A stretch of DNA of 64,000 bases from Tubulanus polymorphus (Eukaryota > Animalia > Nemertea): assembly GCF_964204645.1 (NCBI RefSeq), contig NC_134028.1:14143653-14207652 (forward strand), read 5' to 3'. Of the stretch, positions 1-13,840 are shown one piece after another. Under the pieces are notes generated by a model. That model ran no database searches and had not been told where the DNA came from. It saw only the letters and a program-made list of their open reading frames with translations. The stretch's first letter is position 1. Each line of letters opens with the position of its first letter. The position numbers and the translations under genes are program-made.

Positions 1-1315
1 ATTACAGACGTAGAATATCCTAAAATTAGTATATCTGATAAATTTACATTTATAAAATGGGAAGATAAACCAATATATGTTATAAATTCTCTTTCACAAC
101 AATTATTTCAAAACAACATATAGATGATAAATAAAATAAATGTTATAATGAAGTAAAAAACAAAATAGAAGAGAAATATTTTGAAGGATTTGGTTTAATA
201 TTTGATGAAATAATATGTATGACGTAATATGTGTACAATACAAAATATAATAAATTAACTAAATCAAAACCAATTGATCATATTATAAAGATGGTAATAT
301 AAACGCATCAAGTTATATCAAATTGCCATTTAAAACTAATGCTGTTATAAATGTACAAAATGAAGATAATAAATGTTTTTTTTGTGGTCAATAATTAGTT
401 GCTTACATCCAACAGAAGATATTACACATAGTTTTAGATTAACAAATTATATACCATTTGAAAATAATAATAGTAATAATAGTTATAATAATAAGATAGA
501 CAGTTATCCGGTAAGAATTAAAAATATTCCAAAAATGGAAAGAGATAATAATCTAAAAATAAATGTATTTGATTAAATCAAATTACCAAAAATAAAATGT
601 AATATTATTAAACATTATACATTAGAACCTTTGTATTTATCAAAAGATTATGATTCAAATGGTGTTATAGATATATTATATCATGAGAATCATTATATGT
701 GGATAAAACAAATTGATTTATTTTTTAAATCAGAAAATGATTATACTCGTAAAATATATGTATGTAGAAAACGTATAACTAAATTCAGTAATGAAAGTGC
801 ATTATTAAATCATAAACAATTATGTGATAATCATGATTATTATAAATTAATTTTACCAAATGAAAAAGATAAAATATTAGAATTCAAAAAATATGATTAC
901 AAGAATAAAGTACCATTTGTAATATATGGAGATTTTGAATCATTAGATAAAGAATTAACTGATCAAGATAGAAAAGAAATATATTATAAAAGAAAGAAAT
1001 TAAATTCTAATGACAGTGATTTTTCAGACCCGCCAAAAACAAACACTATAAAAAAATTCATTAAATTGCTGCAGCTTTTGGATTATATACACAATCTGAT
1101 TATCCAGAACTAATTAAAAGTGAATATTATTATTATAGAAATGAAAATGTTGCAGATATATGTTATTATTGTAATCAAGTATTCTAGTCATCTGATAAAA
1201 AAGTAAGAGATCATGATCATTTGAATGGTTAATTTAGAGGTGTAGCAAATGAGAATTGTAACTTACAAGCTAAGAAAAACAATCTTGTTCCAGTTATATT
1301 TCATAATTTATCAGG
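1..1315 (+). pseudogene. polB: Polinton B1 protein-primed PolB, N-terminal segment (degraded)
   Basis: ORF fragments 373-576 and 631-1113 match the pPolB at 48022-49497 (FLWSIISCLHP, VPFVIYGDFES). The frame ends at IFHNLSG, where the Gypsy element is inserted. Confidence 0.9.
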
Positions 1316-1991
1316 GTAGCCGACATTTCATGCTTGGTATGTTTTATTGTTTCTTTATGCAGGTTTGGACCAGTTCCTTTCGGTATTTAGTTTTCCTTAT
1401 AGGTGGCGTTTTCATCGCTAAACCCTGGTTGTCAGATGATCAGTGACCGCCATGTTTGAGAGACCAATTGTAAAGAAATGAATTGTTGATAATTTGTTTA
1501 TTCCTCGCGGTGTGTATCACGTCTGAGGAAACATGTGTTGAAGTATAGAGAGCGTATACGCTGTGTATGAACTTCGAGTTCGTTGAAATTGTTCGTCTAG
1601 ATTCTCAATTATTTGCCGTTTATTGTTATCGTCGAAATTGAAAAAAATGACATCCGATGGTTTATCGAAATTCGTCTGGAATGTGAGTTATTTGGGCGTC
1701 AGTTCATCGTCTGGTTACAACTCAAGGTTGAAGGATTACGGTAATAATTATACATGTGCATGCGTGCATGATATAATAGCTAGCTAGCTTTACGGTTGTG
1801 TGTGTAAGGGTAAGCTGATCTCACAGTGAGAGCTTATGACTTTAGTTTAGTTGGTGAATGGTGAATATTTCCGGGAGAGAGACTCTGATATTTTCATTTC
1901 TGTTTATTTATTTGACAATCTGTGCTTTTCCTGTGCTTGTGCTCGTATTATAATAATATTCTGTGCTTATTGTGGTGTGTAGTAGAGTCAC
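1316..1991 (+). repeat. Putative 5' LTR of the Gypsy element
   Basis: First ~190 bp match 12020-12228. Followed by PBS-like TGGTGTCA at 1993. The downstream part does not match the 3' LTR, so the right boundary is uncertain. Confidence 0.55.
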
Positions 1992-2559
1992 CTGGTGTCA
2001 TGAGTGACAACAAATTGGGTTAACAAATTCTGAAGGTTAGGCCTAAAGTGCTACCTGGGGTGTTCTACTATAACTAAATTGGTTGAAACTTGTATTTTCT
2101 GCTCCTAACACCTGGTGGTTTTTTGGAAAAAATACCTGTGATATTTATTTGGATGTAGCTTGTTTATTTGTTGCATGTGCATGTCTTAACTTGTTCATAT
2201 TCTGTCAGAATTTGGTGAGCCAATTTATATTAATTTTCTGTGGCAAATATTGGTTAACCTCGTCAAACCCTGGCTAGGTAAAGTCCTGTTTAGGTAAGTT
2301 AGGTATAAACAACAGTAAGCCGTATTGAGTTTGCCAGTTTTGACTTATTAAGTAGGCTAACTTTATTGGAAGAGTAAGTGTGTTCACCCTAAGCGAGGTA
2401 GATAGAATTTTATCTTTGGTCCAAAGATATTTCCAAATTTGAACTGTGTTCCATTCTCGCTCCGAAATGGATGAGGGTAATAAGAAAACCTAAGGTCGGC
2501 CAGGTAGGTTTTGGAACTGGCGTCGTGCTCCATACACCTCGCTTGGGTACATTTTCTGG

Positions 2560-5500
2560 TATAGAGGGTGTTGGAGGTTCGAGCTGATAGCCTTAATGGA
2601 AGATGCATCTATCAAGACCCCTACAGTTATTCAAGCCGTCTGGAGGTCTCTTCGAGGTACAGCTGCGGAAGTGGTCTGGACTTAGGAGAGGAGGCTACTC
2701 AAAAGGATATACTTGAAAAATCTGAACCGATTTATGGCGACGTACTTACACCATCACATGTGTTTTCGAAGTTTTATTGCAGTGCTCAAGAACCATTGGA
2801 GTCTGTCGCACAATTGAGTTGTCGGTTAGAGGAATTGAGATCCGAGGCATTCAAGGACATTTCCTAAGCGATGTTGAAGTCCCATTTCTGGGCTGGACTG
2901 CAGAATATGCAACTGAAGCTGACGATAAGGGCGTTTGTAAACACAGACGATGTGAATTTCAGAAGTTTAGTAACCGAAGCCAGGAAAGTTGAGCAGGAGT
3001 TATCCCGCTCAGTAACGGCTATCTCTACCAAAGCTAAAGTATCGGCGTGAAATCGAAAGAAACTGGACCGAAACAACGATCGATTTAAAACTACTGACAC
3101 CAGGACGACAAGTATTGAGTCACGTCTAGAGCGGCTTGAAACTGGTGCAAAGTCAAACCGTTGGGATTCTAAGATCAGGAACAGATCGACACCCCAGGAG
3201 AACAGAACTACGCAGTGGACTTGTTACAACTGTGGTAGAGAAGGCCATGGTTGGCGGAAAAGTCGACAGCCCCACTGAACGCATGGAGCAGCTGGAGATT
3301 CGTCGGATTTAAATGCCAACCACCCTCGGGACAACGGAAATAGGCCGAAGGAGGAATATATACGTATTAAAGCTAACAGACGTGTAAAATTAACTAAGGT
3401 GAGAAATCATGGCAACCATAGGACAAGGGATGATGTTGACGTTGATAGATTGGTTGGTCCTCCCAATGAAGCGTCAGTCACAGTTGATGGGATTTCCTGT
3501 CAGGTGTTGCTAGATACTGGTTCAATGGTGTCTACTGTCAGTTATAGATTTTTGGAAAAATTAAGACGTACTCGGGATATAACTCCTGTTTCGGATCTTA
3601 TAGAAGTGAAGTCTGTAACTGGAGAGATTCTTCATTATATTGGATGCATCGAGCTGAACCTTGGAATAGTAGATGCCAGTGTTCATATTTTCTGCCTTGT
3701 AGTACTGGATACCCCATATCACGAGAGAGTTCCAGTTTTGCTCGGTATGAATGTTCTTCTGGAGATACGAGATCTTGAAGGTTTACCGTCGATTTGGCAA
3801 TGCACTAAGAATTTTTCAGCTGATAACCAGCAATTGGATATCGTTATGTGTACCAAAGCAGTAGTTGTTCCGCCAAATTTGCAGATGGTCATCCATTGCA
3901 TTCTAAGAGGTAAGAGAACAGACACAGGGCAGCAAGTTATTACGTGTGATGAAGGAAGTAATATTCCCGGTAATATTTTATTGGTACCTTCGGTAAGTTA
4001 TTTAACTTTGACTCAGTCCAGCAGGGTAAGTGTTATCATCATAAAATATAGGTACTCGCTCAGTGACCATTCCATCGAAGGCTGTTTTATGTTCCTTGCA
4101 GAATGGCACATCTGTTCATCCTGTGTGCAATAACATCGGTCTGGATCACAACTCCCCAGATATATCAGACGAGGATTTCTTGAATTTTTCTCATTTGAGA
4201 AGTCAACTGGGCTCACCAGCGATGAATTGAAGATTCAGAAGGAGGTCTTGGACAAATGGAGAAAGGTTTTTGCGATCAGTGACCTGGATATGGGTAGGAC
4301 CAATGTCTTGCGGCATGAGATCATGTTATCCGACAGTACCCCTTTCAGAGAACGGTATCGTAGAGTTTCGCCCGGGATGATCGAGGAAGTCAGAAGCCAA
4401 CGAAGGTCAATGCTTGATGCTGGGATAATTCGGCATTCTCATTCACCAATTGCATATCCGATTGTACTCGTCAGGAAACAGAATAGAGAATTACGATTCT
4501 GCATAGACTACAGGACCCTGAATGCTCGAACTATTCGTGATCAATTTCCGCTTTCACGTATTAATGAACTCATTGACATTGGCGGGTGCCCATGACTTTG
4601 CTAGCCTCGACTTGAAGAGCGACTACTGGCAAGTAGAGGTGGCAGAGCAGGACCGCAAAACGACGGCATTTAATGTAGGCCCAGGTTTCGGCTTTTATGA
4701 GTTCAACGTAATGCCTTTCGGCCTCACGAATGCGCCATCAACCTTCCAAAGGCTTATGGAGCGGTGTCTTGGAGATTTAAACCTGAAAGGAAGCTGCGTA
4801 TACTTGACGACATAAGCGTACACGCCGTTTACTTCGATGAAAACATCACCAAGCTTGAAGAGGTATTCGAACGCTTGTACATCGCTGGTCTTGAGTTGAA
4901 GCCATCCAAGAGCGCATTTGGACTCGAAAGTATGATCCGTCTTGGACATAAAGTATCGGCTGCTGGGATTGAGCCAGATCCCTCCAAAATTGAGACCTTG
5001 AAGTCATGGCCTGAGCCATCTACCATTGCTGAAGTTCGGACTTTCCTTGGATTTGATTATAGGAAGTTAGTCAGGGGTTACGCCCAGGTTGCAAAACCAC
5101 TTACGGAACTTTTGGATTGGTTAAGAAAACAAGAACTCGCCGGTTGTTAACTGGACAGAAGACTGTCAGAAGGCATTCGAACTGCTGAAGGAAGCATTGG
5201 TCACTCCTCCAGTCTTAGCCTTTGTCGACTATTCTCGGGAATTCGAATTACACACCGACGCTTCGAGACAAGGCCTAGGTGCAGTAATTTATCAGTGAGG
5301 TCTAGGAGACGAGACGTTACACGTCATTGCGTACGCCAGTCGAACCTTGAATTAAGCAGAACGGAATTACGAGGTACACAAGCTGGAATTTCTTGCCCTC
5401 AAATGGGCCTCAGATAAATTTCATGATTATATTTACATTAGCAAGGTTCATGATAAGACCGATAATAATCCTCTCAACTATGTCCTGAAGACTGCAAAGT

Positions 5501-7025
5501 TGGATGCCACCGCTCATAGATGGGCACAGTCTATTTCCACGTATGATCTCGATATTGAGTACCGGAGCGGCTCAAAGAACATCTTTTCCGACACCTTATC
5601 TCGATTGTACAACTCTGACGTTATGTCAGCTATTTGCAAAGCCAACAGAGTGGATGAAGATCATGGTGATGAAGGCAGCGATGAGATTGACCTTGAGTTG
5701 AGACCGCATGAATCTGTGGAGTTACTCCAATTACATGAAGATGACCCATGCATTCGAAGGGTACGCAATTATCTGGAAAATGGCACCAAGTTCAATGTTA
5801 TGGTATGCCGAAGAAGGATGGAACGAGGCCGATCAACCATTCACATCGTCTTACCAAGTTCGGAGATTGGTACCGTGTTGCATGGAATGCATGACTCAAT
5901 GGGACACCAGGGGCGAGATAAAACTTTGGCCTTACTTAAATTACGGTATTACTGGCCGGGGATGAGAAACGACATCGAAGAACACCTCAAATCATGTGAG
6001 CGCTGCGTGGTTCATATATCACCGACCCCTGTGCAGTTAGCTCCGCTGAAGAATGTAGTCACAACCCATGGAACTGGTGTGCATAGACTCACCATCTATT
6101 GGAAAAAATCACAAGGCTATGAAAGGCTTTGAAAATTTGCTTGTCATAACAGACCATTTCACCAAGTTTTCATTGGCGATTCCGACCCGGAATCAGTTAG
6201 CAACAACGACCGCTCGAGTGCTCGTGGAAGATTTCATTAAAAAATTCGGAATGCCGGACCGCCTTCATAGTGACCAAGGAAGAAAATTTTTAGTCACCAA
6301 CGATAGCTCAGATATGTAAGATTCTTGGGATTCAGAAATCACGCACCACCCCCTATCACCCTCAGGGCAATGGAGTGTGCGAAAGATTTAACCAGACTCT
6401 GATAGGATTATTAGGAACTATGGCCGAGGAGAAGAAAGCAGCTTGGAAGGAACACGTCAGTACCATGGGGTACTTATACAATTGCACACCGCACGAAGTA
6501 ACAGGATATGAGCCGCATTATCTCCTTTTCGGACGTCATCCAAGACTACCAGTCGATGCTCAATACGGTTAGAGAAGCCAAGGCGATGATGAACGGAGTT
6601 TTACGAAATACGCTGTGGCGCTTAGGAAGAGACTGGAAACGGCATGGAAATATGCTCATGCGAGAATCAAAGAAGCTGGAGAGATACGTAAGGTCCGATA
6701 CGACATGAAAGCTCGTGGAACGAAAATCACTTCTGGCTATTTGGTATTAGTTAAAAGAGTAGCACTTACAGGAAAGCATAAATTGGCTGATAGGTGGGAC
6801 TCTACTCCGTATGTTGTTAAGGAACAAGTTGCTGAGGATATTCCGGTATTCTTGGTTGAACCTTTAGGAGGTGGCAGGTCTCGGACTCTTCACCGAAATT
6901 TGCTATTGCCATTGGCTGGACCTTTACGACCTGAGCCATCATCAGACAAGGAAACATCTGCAAGGAAATTAAAGACAACTCCTAAGCAACCAAAACGTTT
7001 CAAAGATCCTGAATTAAGTCAGTAA
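2560..7025 (+). pseudogene. Gypsy gag-pol (zinc knuckle, aspartic protease, RT, RNase H, integrase), frameshifted
   Basis: CYNCGREGH knuckle (~3220), LLDTGS protease (3399 ORF), RFCIDYR and MPFGLTNAPSTFQR RT motifs, ELHTDAS RNase H, H-H-CC zinc finger (HDSMGHQG...CERC), and DHFTK...HSDQG...ERFN integrase core. Many stops and frameshifts. Confidence 0.92.
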
Positions 7026-7520
7026 CAAGAAGATGATGGGTGGTTATTGGTTCCCATTGGCAATGATACAGAGATTCAGTCTGCGTCAGTAATAGGAGTA
7101 ATAGGCTGTCAGATCAAAGGTCGAACGGTCGAGCTCGTAAAAAAATGAAAATAACAATAATTTACAGTTGAATTAGTCGCGCACACTCCTAATTCAACTG
7201 GAAATGAACATAGTTTACATGAATTTCATATATTTCAAAATCATTTATACGTTAATTACAAAAGTGTGAGTAATAATTCATATTTTAACAGATTTCGAGT
7301 AAAAATATAAGTAAGATAAATGGATAACTAAAAGAGTATAAAAGTGTGAGTAAAGTGTGAGTGAAATAGTTTATATTTTAAACATATTTCAATATTTATA
7401 TTTGTATGAGTTAGATTTTTAAACATTAAAAGTGTCAGTAAAGTGTGATTGAAATAATTCATATTTAAAACATTGAATATTTATATTTGAATGAGTTTTA
7501 ATAAAAATTTTGTTATAAAA

Positions 7521-8138
7521 ATGAAGAAAGAAGAAGAACCCAACTTTTAAATCGAAATCAATGAAACCAATAAATCATTTTCACAGTTTAACATTAAAAA
7601 TTATATTTCAGCCACAAATTTAGTGTCCGCAAGGTATTATAAAATTGATAACATTACTATGATTAATCAAATATCATCAAATGAAACATATTTAATTACT
7701 GAACTAGTAGATACTTTTGATAATGGAATAAAAAATCCTAAAATATTCAATACAGTTTTAAATTTTAAAGGATCTTTAGATGAAAACCTAATAAATATAC
7801 TTCAAACCCCTTTCAATGAAAGAAATGATGATATAATACTTTCAAAAGATTACAATGATTTGTTTAACTTAAGAATTGAAAAAAGACAATTATATTATTT
7901 CAATTTTGATAATGAACAAATTATCTATAATGAAAATTCATCAAATATTGGAATTCAATGTGAATTAGATAATGAAAAATCATTTAAAGATATTGCAGTT
8001 CAATGTAATTTAGATGATGAATTTAGAAAATTCAATCCTAATGAAAAAGTGCATTGTTATTGCGGAGGTAAATATTTAAAATCAAATAAATCAAAGCATT
8101 ATGAAACAATTAAACATAAAAACTGGCGTAAAGAGTAA
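7521..8138 (+). pseudogene. Hypothetical protein with C-terminal C2H2-like zinc finger (early in-frame stop at 7548)
   Basis: ORF 7623-8138 is in frame with the ATG at 7521 and ends HCYCGGKYLKSNKSKHYETIKH. Confidence 0.55.
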
Positions 8139-8193
8139 CAATTCTACATTATACTTATTGAATTGAGTTAAATGATTTAAATATCTAATAGGC

Positions 8194-10710
8194 TGTTGAA
8201 ATGATAAATTGTTTGACAGTTGAAATGATAAATTGTTTGACAGTTGAAATGATAAATTGTTTGACAGTTGAAATGATAAATTGTTTGACAGTTGAAATGA
8301 TAAATTGTTTGACAGTTGAAATGTTAAATTGTTTGACAGTTGAAATGATAAATTGTTTGACAGTTGAAATGATAAATTGTTTAACAGTTGAAATGTTAAA
8401 TTGTTTGACAGTTGAAATGATAAATTGTTTGACAGTTGAAATGATAAATTGTTCGACAGTTGAAATGAAAAATTGTTTGGCAGTTGAAATGATAAGACAG
8501 CTGAAATGATAAATTGTTTGACAGTTGAAATGATAAATTGTTTGACAGCTGAAATGATAAATTGTTTGACAGCTGAAATGATAAATTGTTTGACAGTTGA
8601 AATGATAAATTGTTTGACAGTTGAAATGATAAATTGTTTGACAGTTGAAACGATAAATTTTTCGACAGTTGAATTGATAAATTGTTCGACAGTTGAAAAG
8701 ATAAATTGTTCGACAGTTGAAATGATAAATTGTTCGACAGTTGAAATGATAAATTGTTTAACAGTTGAAATGATAAATTGTTTAACAGTTGAAACGATAA
8801 ATTTTTCGACAGTTGAAATGATAAATTGTTCGACAGTTGAAATGATAAATTGTTTGACAGTTGAAATGATAAATTGTTTAACAGTTGAAATGTTAAATTG
8901 TTTGACAGTTGAAATGATAAATTGTTTGACAGTTGAAATGATAAATTGTTCGACAGTTGAAATGAAAAATTGTTTGGCAGTTGAAATGATAAGACAGCTG
9001 AAATGATAAATTGTTTGACAGTTGAAATGATAAATTGTTTGACAGCTGAAATGATAAATTGTTTGACAGCTGAAATGATAAATTGTTTGACAGTTGAAAT
9101 GATAAATTGTTTGACAGTTGAAATGATAAATTGTTTGACAGTTGAAACGATAAATTTTTCGACAGTTGAATTCATAAATTGTTCGACAGTTGAAATGATA
9201 AATTGTTCGACAGTTGAAATGATAAATTGTTCGACAGTTGAAATGATAAATTGTTTAACAGTTGAAATGATAAATTGTTTAACAGTTGAAACGATAAATT
9301 TTTCGACAGTTGAAATGATAAATTGTTCGACAGTTGAAATGATAAATTGTTCGACAGTTGAAATGATAAATTGTTTGACAGTTGAAATGATAAATTGTTT
9401 GACAGTTGAAATGATAAATTTTTCGACAGTTGAAATGATAAATTGTTCGACAGTTGAAATGATAAATGGTTTGCCAGTTGAAATGATAAATTGTTTGACA
9501 GTTGAAATGATAAATTGTTTGACAGTTGAAATGATAAATTGTTTGACAGTTGAAATGATAAATTGTTCGACAGTTGAAATGATAAATTGTTTGACAGTTG
9601 AAATGATAAATTGTTCGACAGTTGAAATGATAAATTGTTCGACAGTTGAAATGATAAATTGTTCGACTGTTGAAATGATAAATTGTTTAACAGTTGAAAT
9701 GATAAATTGACAGTTGAAATGATAAATTGTTCGACAGTTGAAATGATAAATTGTTCGACAGTTGAAATGATAAATTGTTTGACAGTTGAAATGATAAATT
9801 GCTCGACTGTTGAAATGATAAGACAGTTGAAATGATAAATTGTTTGACAGTTGAAATGATAAATTGTTTGACAGTTGAAATGATAAATTGTTTAACAGTT
9901 GAAATGATAAATTGTTTGACAGTTGAAATGATAAATTGTTTGACAGTTGAAATGATAAATTGTTTAACAGTTGAAATGATAAATTGTTCGACAGTTGAAA
10001 TGATAAATTGTTTAACAGTTGAAATGATAAATTGTTCGACAGTTCAAATGATAAATTGTTCGACAGTTGAAATGATAAATTGTTTGACAGTTGAAATGAT
10101 AAATTGTTCGACTGTTGAAATGATAAGACAGTTGAAATGATAAATTGTTTGACAGTTGAAATGATAAATTGTTTGACATTTGAAATGATAAATTGTTTAA
10201 CAGTTGAAATGATAAATTGTTTGACAGTTGAAATGATAAATTGTTTGACAGTTGAAATGATAAATTGTTTGACAGTTGAAATGATAAATTTTTCGACAGT
10301 TGAAATGATAAATTTTTCGACAGTTGAAATGATAAATTGTTCGACAGTTGAAATGATAAATTGTTCGACAGTTGAAATGATAAATTGTTCGACAGTTGAA
10401 ATGATAAATTGTTTAACAGTTGAAATGATAAATTGTTTAACAGTTGAAATGATAAAATGTTTAACAGTTGAAATTTAAAATTGTTCGACAGTTGAAATGA
10501 TAAATTGTTCGACAGTTGAAATGATAAATTGTTTAACAGTTGAAATGATAAATTGTTTAACAGTTGAAATGATAAATTGTTTAACAGTTGAAATGATAAA
10601 TTGTTTGACAGTTGAAATGATGAATTGTTTGACAGTTGAAATAATGAATTGTTTGACAGTTGAAATGATCAATTGTTTGACAGTTGAAATGATCAATTGT
10701 TTGGCTGTAA
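8194..10710. repeat. 24-bp minisatellite (TTGAAATGATAAATTGTTTGACAG), ~100 copies, with higher-order duplications
   Basis: Directly visible tandem array. Shortened variant units (GATAAGACAG) recur at ~8491, 8988, 9817 and 10122; a 497-bp block is duplicated (8506 vs 9003). Confidence 0.97.
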
Positions 10711-10827
10711 AATTAATTGTTATTTGATTTAATCATTTAAAAGTTTAATATTTGTAAAATGATTATAATATATTTAATTAAAAACTAGCAAATATTTTAT
10801 AAACTGTTTAATTTTTCTCTTAAATAA

Positions 10828-10971
10828 ATGGATGGTTTCATCCCAACTGGGAAAAGTGATTTGAAACATTATTTAGTTGCTGGAGGTTTAATATTGGCAG
10901 CATTATATTTTTACTATGAGAATATTTCAAAAGATTTGATGAATGAAAATAATAAATTGAGAAAAAATTAA
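10828..10971 (+). CDS. Small membrane-anchored protein (47 aa; may extend to ~11045 via frameshift)
   Basis: Manual translation MDGFIPTGKSDLKHYLVAGGLILAALYFYYENISK...; start lies in TAAATAAATG after a T-run, like the Polinton genes. Confidence 0.5.
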   Translation: MDGFIPTGKSDLKHYLVAGGLILAALYFYYENISKDLMNENNKLRKN

Positions 10972-12014
10972 AGAAGTTAAATGGAAACAATCACAGAAAT
11001 AAAAAGAATAAAAAAGTTAATTTAGAAAATGATTTAGAGGATTAAAACAGCATCTTTTAATTTCATATATTTTGACTATAAAAATGAGTGAAAATATAAA
11101 CTATTTCACTCACACTTTACTCACACTTTTATACTCTTTTAGTTATCCATTTATTTTACTTATATTTTTACTCGAAATCTGTTAAAATATGAATTATTAC
11201 TCACACTTTACTCACACTTTTGTAATTAACGTATACATGATTTTAAAATATATGAAATTCATGTAAATTATGTTCATTTCCAGTTGAATTAGGAGTCTGC
11301 TGTGTCAACTGTAAATTATTGTTATTTTTATTTTTTTACGATCTCGACCGTTCGACCTTTGATCTGAAAGCCTATTACCCCTATTACTTGCGTCGTCGGA
11401 CAGCGACATTGAAAATCGTTCTGATGATGTAATTGAAGACAATGCAATAGAAGATCGTGAGGAAGAAACCGATTCTGGGACAACGAAGTAGTCGAGGAAG
11501 TTAGCTTGCGATGAAGTAGGAGGGAACGACGTCCTCCAGCAAGGTTGACTTCCGGAGAGTATGAAACTCTTATGGCTCTACTGTTACGTCATCGTGATCC
11601 AGGTTATGTAAGTTTTGTTGTTTTTTTTAGATTTCTGAAACGGTTTTTGGGATTTCATGAATTTTATACATGTAGTCGGTCATTATTTTAAAGCAAAAAA
11701 TAGTAAAAGCATACAATACATTCATATATTCTTGGCTTAGGGAGGATTGTTGATTCATCCTACATGTATTGATATCGTTGTTTGTAAATTTCGTATGTTT
11801 GTATTTATTTGATGTAATGTTGTAGTATTCTGTTATTTGTCATGTAATGGGGATTATATGTTCCTTAGTTTGCTCGGCATGTTCAGTTATGTATGTTCTG
11901 AGTTTGCCGATGTTATGGAGATGTAGGGATCTAAAAGTGTTTGGGGTTCGCCTTTTTCTGTATATATATATTTATATATATGATGGGGCGATATTTCCTT
12001 TACCCAGGGGAGAG

Positions 12015-12666
12015 TGTGATAGCCGAAATTTCATGCCTGGGTATGTTTTATTGTTTCTTTATGCAGGATTTGTCCAGTTCCTGTCGGTATTTAGTTTTCC
12101 TTATCGGTGGCGTTTTCATCACTCAAACCTGGTTGTCAGATGATCAGTGACCGCCATGTTTGACGGATCAATTGTAAACAAATAAATTATATCTTTCGAG
12201 AGACTATTGATAATTTGTTTATTCCTTCAGGTGAGAATTATTTATGCTTATTCGTGAATTCTATACTGCATTTGTCCACATTACTATTTAGAAAGTTTAT
12301 CACTTTAGTAATTTTGACTTTGAAAGTTGAATAATTCAATTCTTGTATTAGCAAATTCAATATGGCTACCACTAGTCTGTGTAAATGCTATGTATTGTAA
12401 GTCAGTGTGATAACTCATAAAATGGTTTTAATATTTATATGTGAGATGATCAGTGACCGCCATGTTTGAGAGATCAATTGTTAAGAAATAAATTATATCT
12501 TTAGAGAGACTATTGATAATTTGTTTATTCCTTCTTCTTCAGGATCACATAGGGGCGTGTTATCCCGCCGCCTTTGACGCCTTCGACCATTTTTTTCATC
12601 GAGTTAATCGGGAGTCCGAACCTACGACAGGAGCCGCAAGTGCTCACGGGCAACCAGCCTGTAACA
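12015..12666 (+). repeat. 3' LTR of the Gypsy element
   Basis: TG...CA ends and upstream PPT. Internal ~90-bp duplication at ~12445-12535. Confidence 0.7.
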
Positions 12667-12864
12667 TGATGCTCATTTATTTATCAAACAGCTATGCCAT
12701 AAAATAGAAGAAATCAATAATGAAATAGAAAGATTAAATTCAAATAGATAAAAAGATGTTGCTAAAATACCAACTTATAAATTTAAATTGTTAGCTTAAA
12801 CATCTGAAAATTATATATCTTTTCAATTAGGATGTTTAAGATTTATAGATTCATATAGATTTTT
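12667..12864 (+). pseudogene. polB: Polinton B1 pPolB, second segment
   Basis: Encodes DAHLFIKQLCHKIEEINNEIERLNS...SENYISFQLGCLRFIDSYRF, matching 49613-49805. Confidence 0.9.
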
Positions 12865-13840
12865 GATGGGTTTCGTCGTCAGACGAACCCATCTATGGCA
12901 TCGTCGACATGTCTGTCTGTATGTCTGTCTGTCTGTCTGTCCGTCTGTGGATGTTTCTTTATGACACGATTTAAGCTGTTTGTGTGGACCGACAATTCTG
13001 TAATTTCACACAGGTATTCTCTACTTGATGTAGATGGTGCAGCTTGGTTTATATTTGATTCCGATGGTTATAAGTGCTCTAATTTGGTTAAAAGATAATT
13101 AACGTTACTCGCTAGTTCAAGCCGCTGTACAGCGCGTTGCTACGACGACGCTCGATCAACATACTGGTACTCGCTGTGTAATACTGAACACGTATATACC
13201 TGTAGATATTGATCGTACTAGCACCGGTTTTAGATAGCGCGCGCGCTGATCGGTCTTAACACTTTTCGGAACTGCTGTGCTAAATGCTGAGAGGCCGAAT
13301 CTATGCGCAATCATTTATTGGGCTCGTCACATTTGATAGTGAATGGATAAATAACCGGTGTCAATGACGGTCGCTACTCCCCATCAGTATAACTCATCAG
13401 TATAAGAAATAATTCTTTCGAGTTTTTTTTTCAATCCCCGAAGTTGTTGTTACGATATTGACCTCGCCGTTTTATAAGCTTACCGATGATTCTTCTAGTA
13501 TTTTCAGGGTCACAAGACATGACGAAGTCGCCAAGTTTTGTACAAATTTCACGAAACAAACAATTATTTAGGCGGCACCTGATCTATTGATTAATTATAA
13601 TAAATAATGTTTATTTCATTAAAAATTTGTTTTATTCAAACACTACTTTCATCGCACATAGCGTGATCGGTAGGCCCTACTATTCTACGGTAGGCCATGG
13701 ACTCTTTCATGTGGTAGGCCTATTACAAATGATACAATCCGCGTGTCCGTGAATAAGTGACACGTGGTGGGCCGGGTTGTGAGGAGCATCGAAACTAATC
13801 CGTCACAAATAATAGATAGAAAACAATACCTTAAGAGGTT

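Larger units (their letters stand above)
7088..11388. mobile_element. Non-autonomous Polinton-derived element with ~290-bp TIRs and 6-bp TSD (TGCGTC)
   Basis: Ends AGTAATAGG...CCTATTACT. TIRs ~7088-7379 and ~11091-11388. TGCGTC at 7082-7087 and 11389-11394. Termini match 47347/47756, and subterminal 7380-7460 matches ~47850-47930. Confidence 0.9.
1316..12666 (+). mobile_element. Gypsy/Ty3-like LTR retrotransposon (degraded) inserted in Polinton B1 pPolB
   Basis: gag-PR-RT-RH-IN order. LTR-like repeats start at ~1316 and 12015. Polypurine tract AGGGGAGAG precedes TG at 12015 and the element ends ...GTAACA at 12666. pPolB resumes immediately (DAHLFIKQLCHK). Confidence 0.85.

Noticed and set aside
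1249-1446. Hydrophobic ORFs at 1249-1446 and 11847-12150
   Set aside because: Chance frames across LTR sequence.
8194-10710. Long ORFs (MINCLTVE)n on both strands, or a CRISPR-like array
   Set aside because: These are translations of a 24-bp minisatellite. There are no unique spacers or cas genes, and frames break at variant units.
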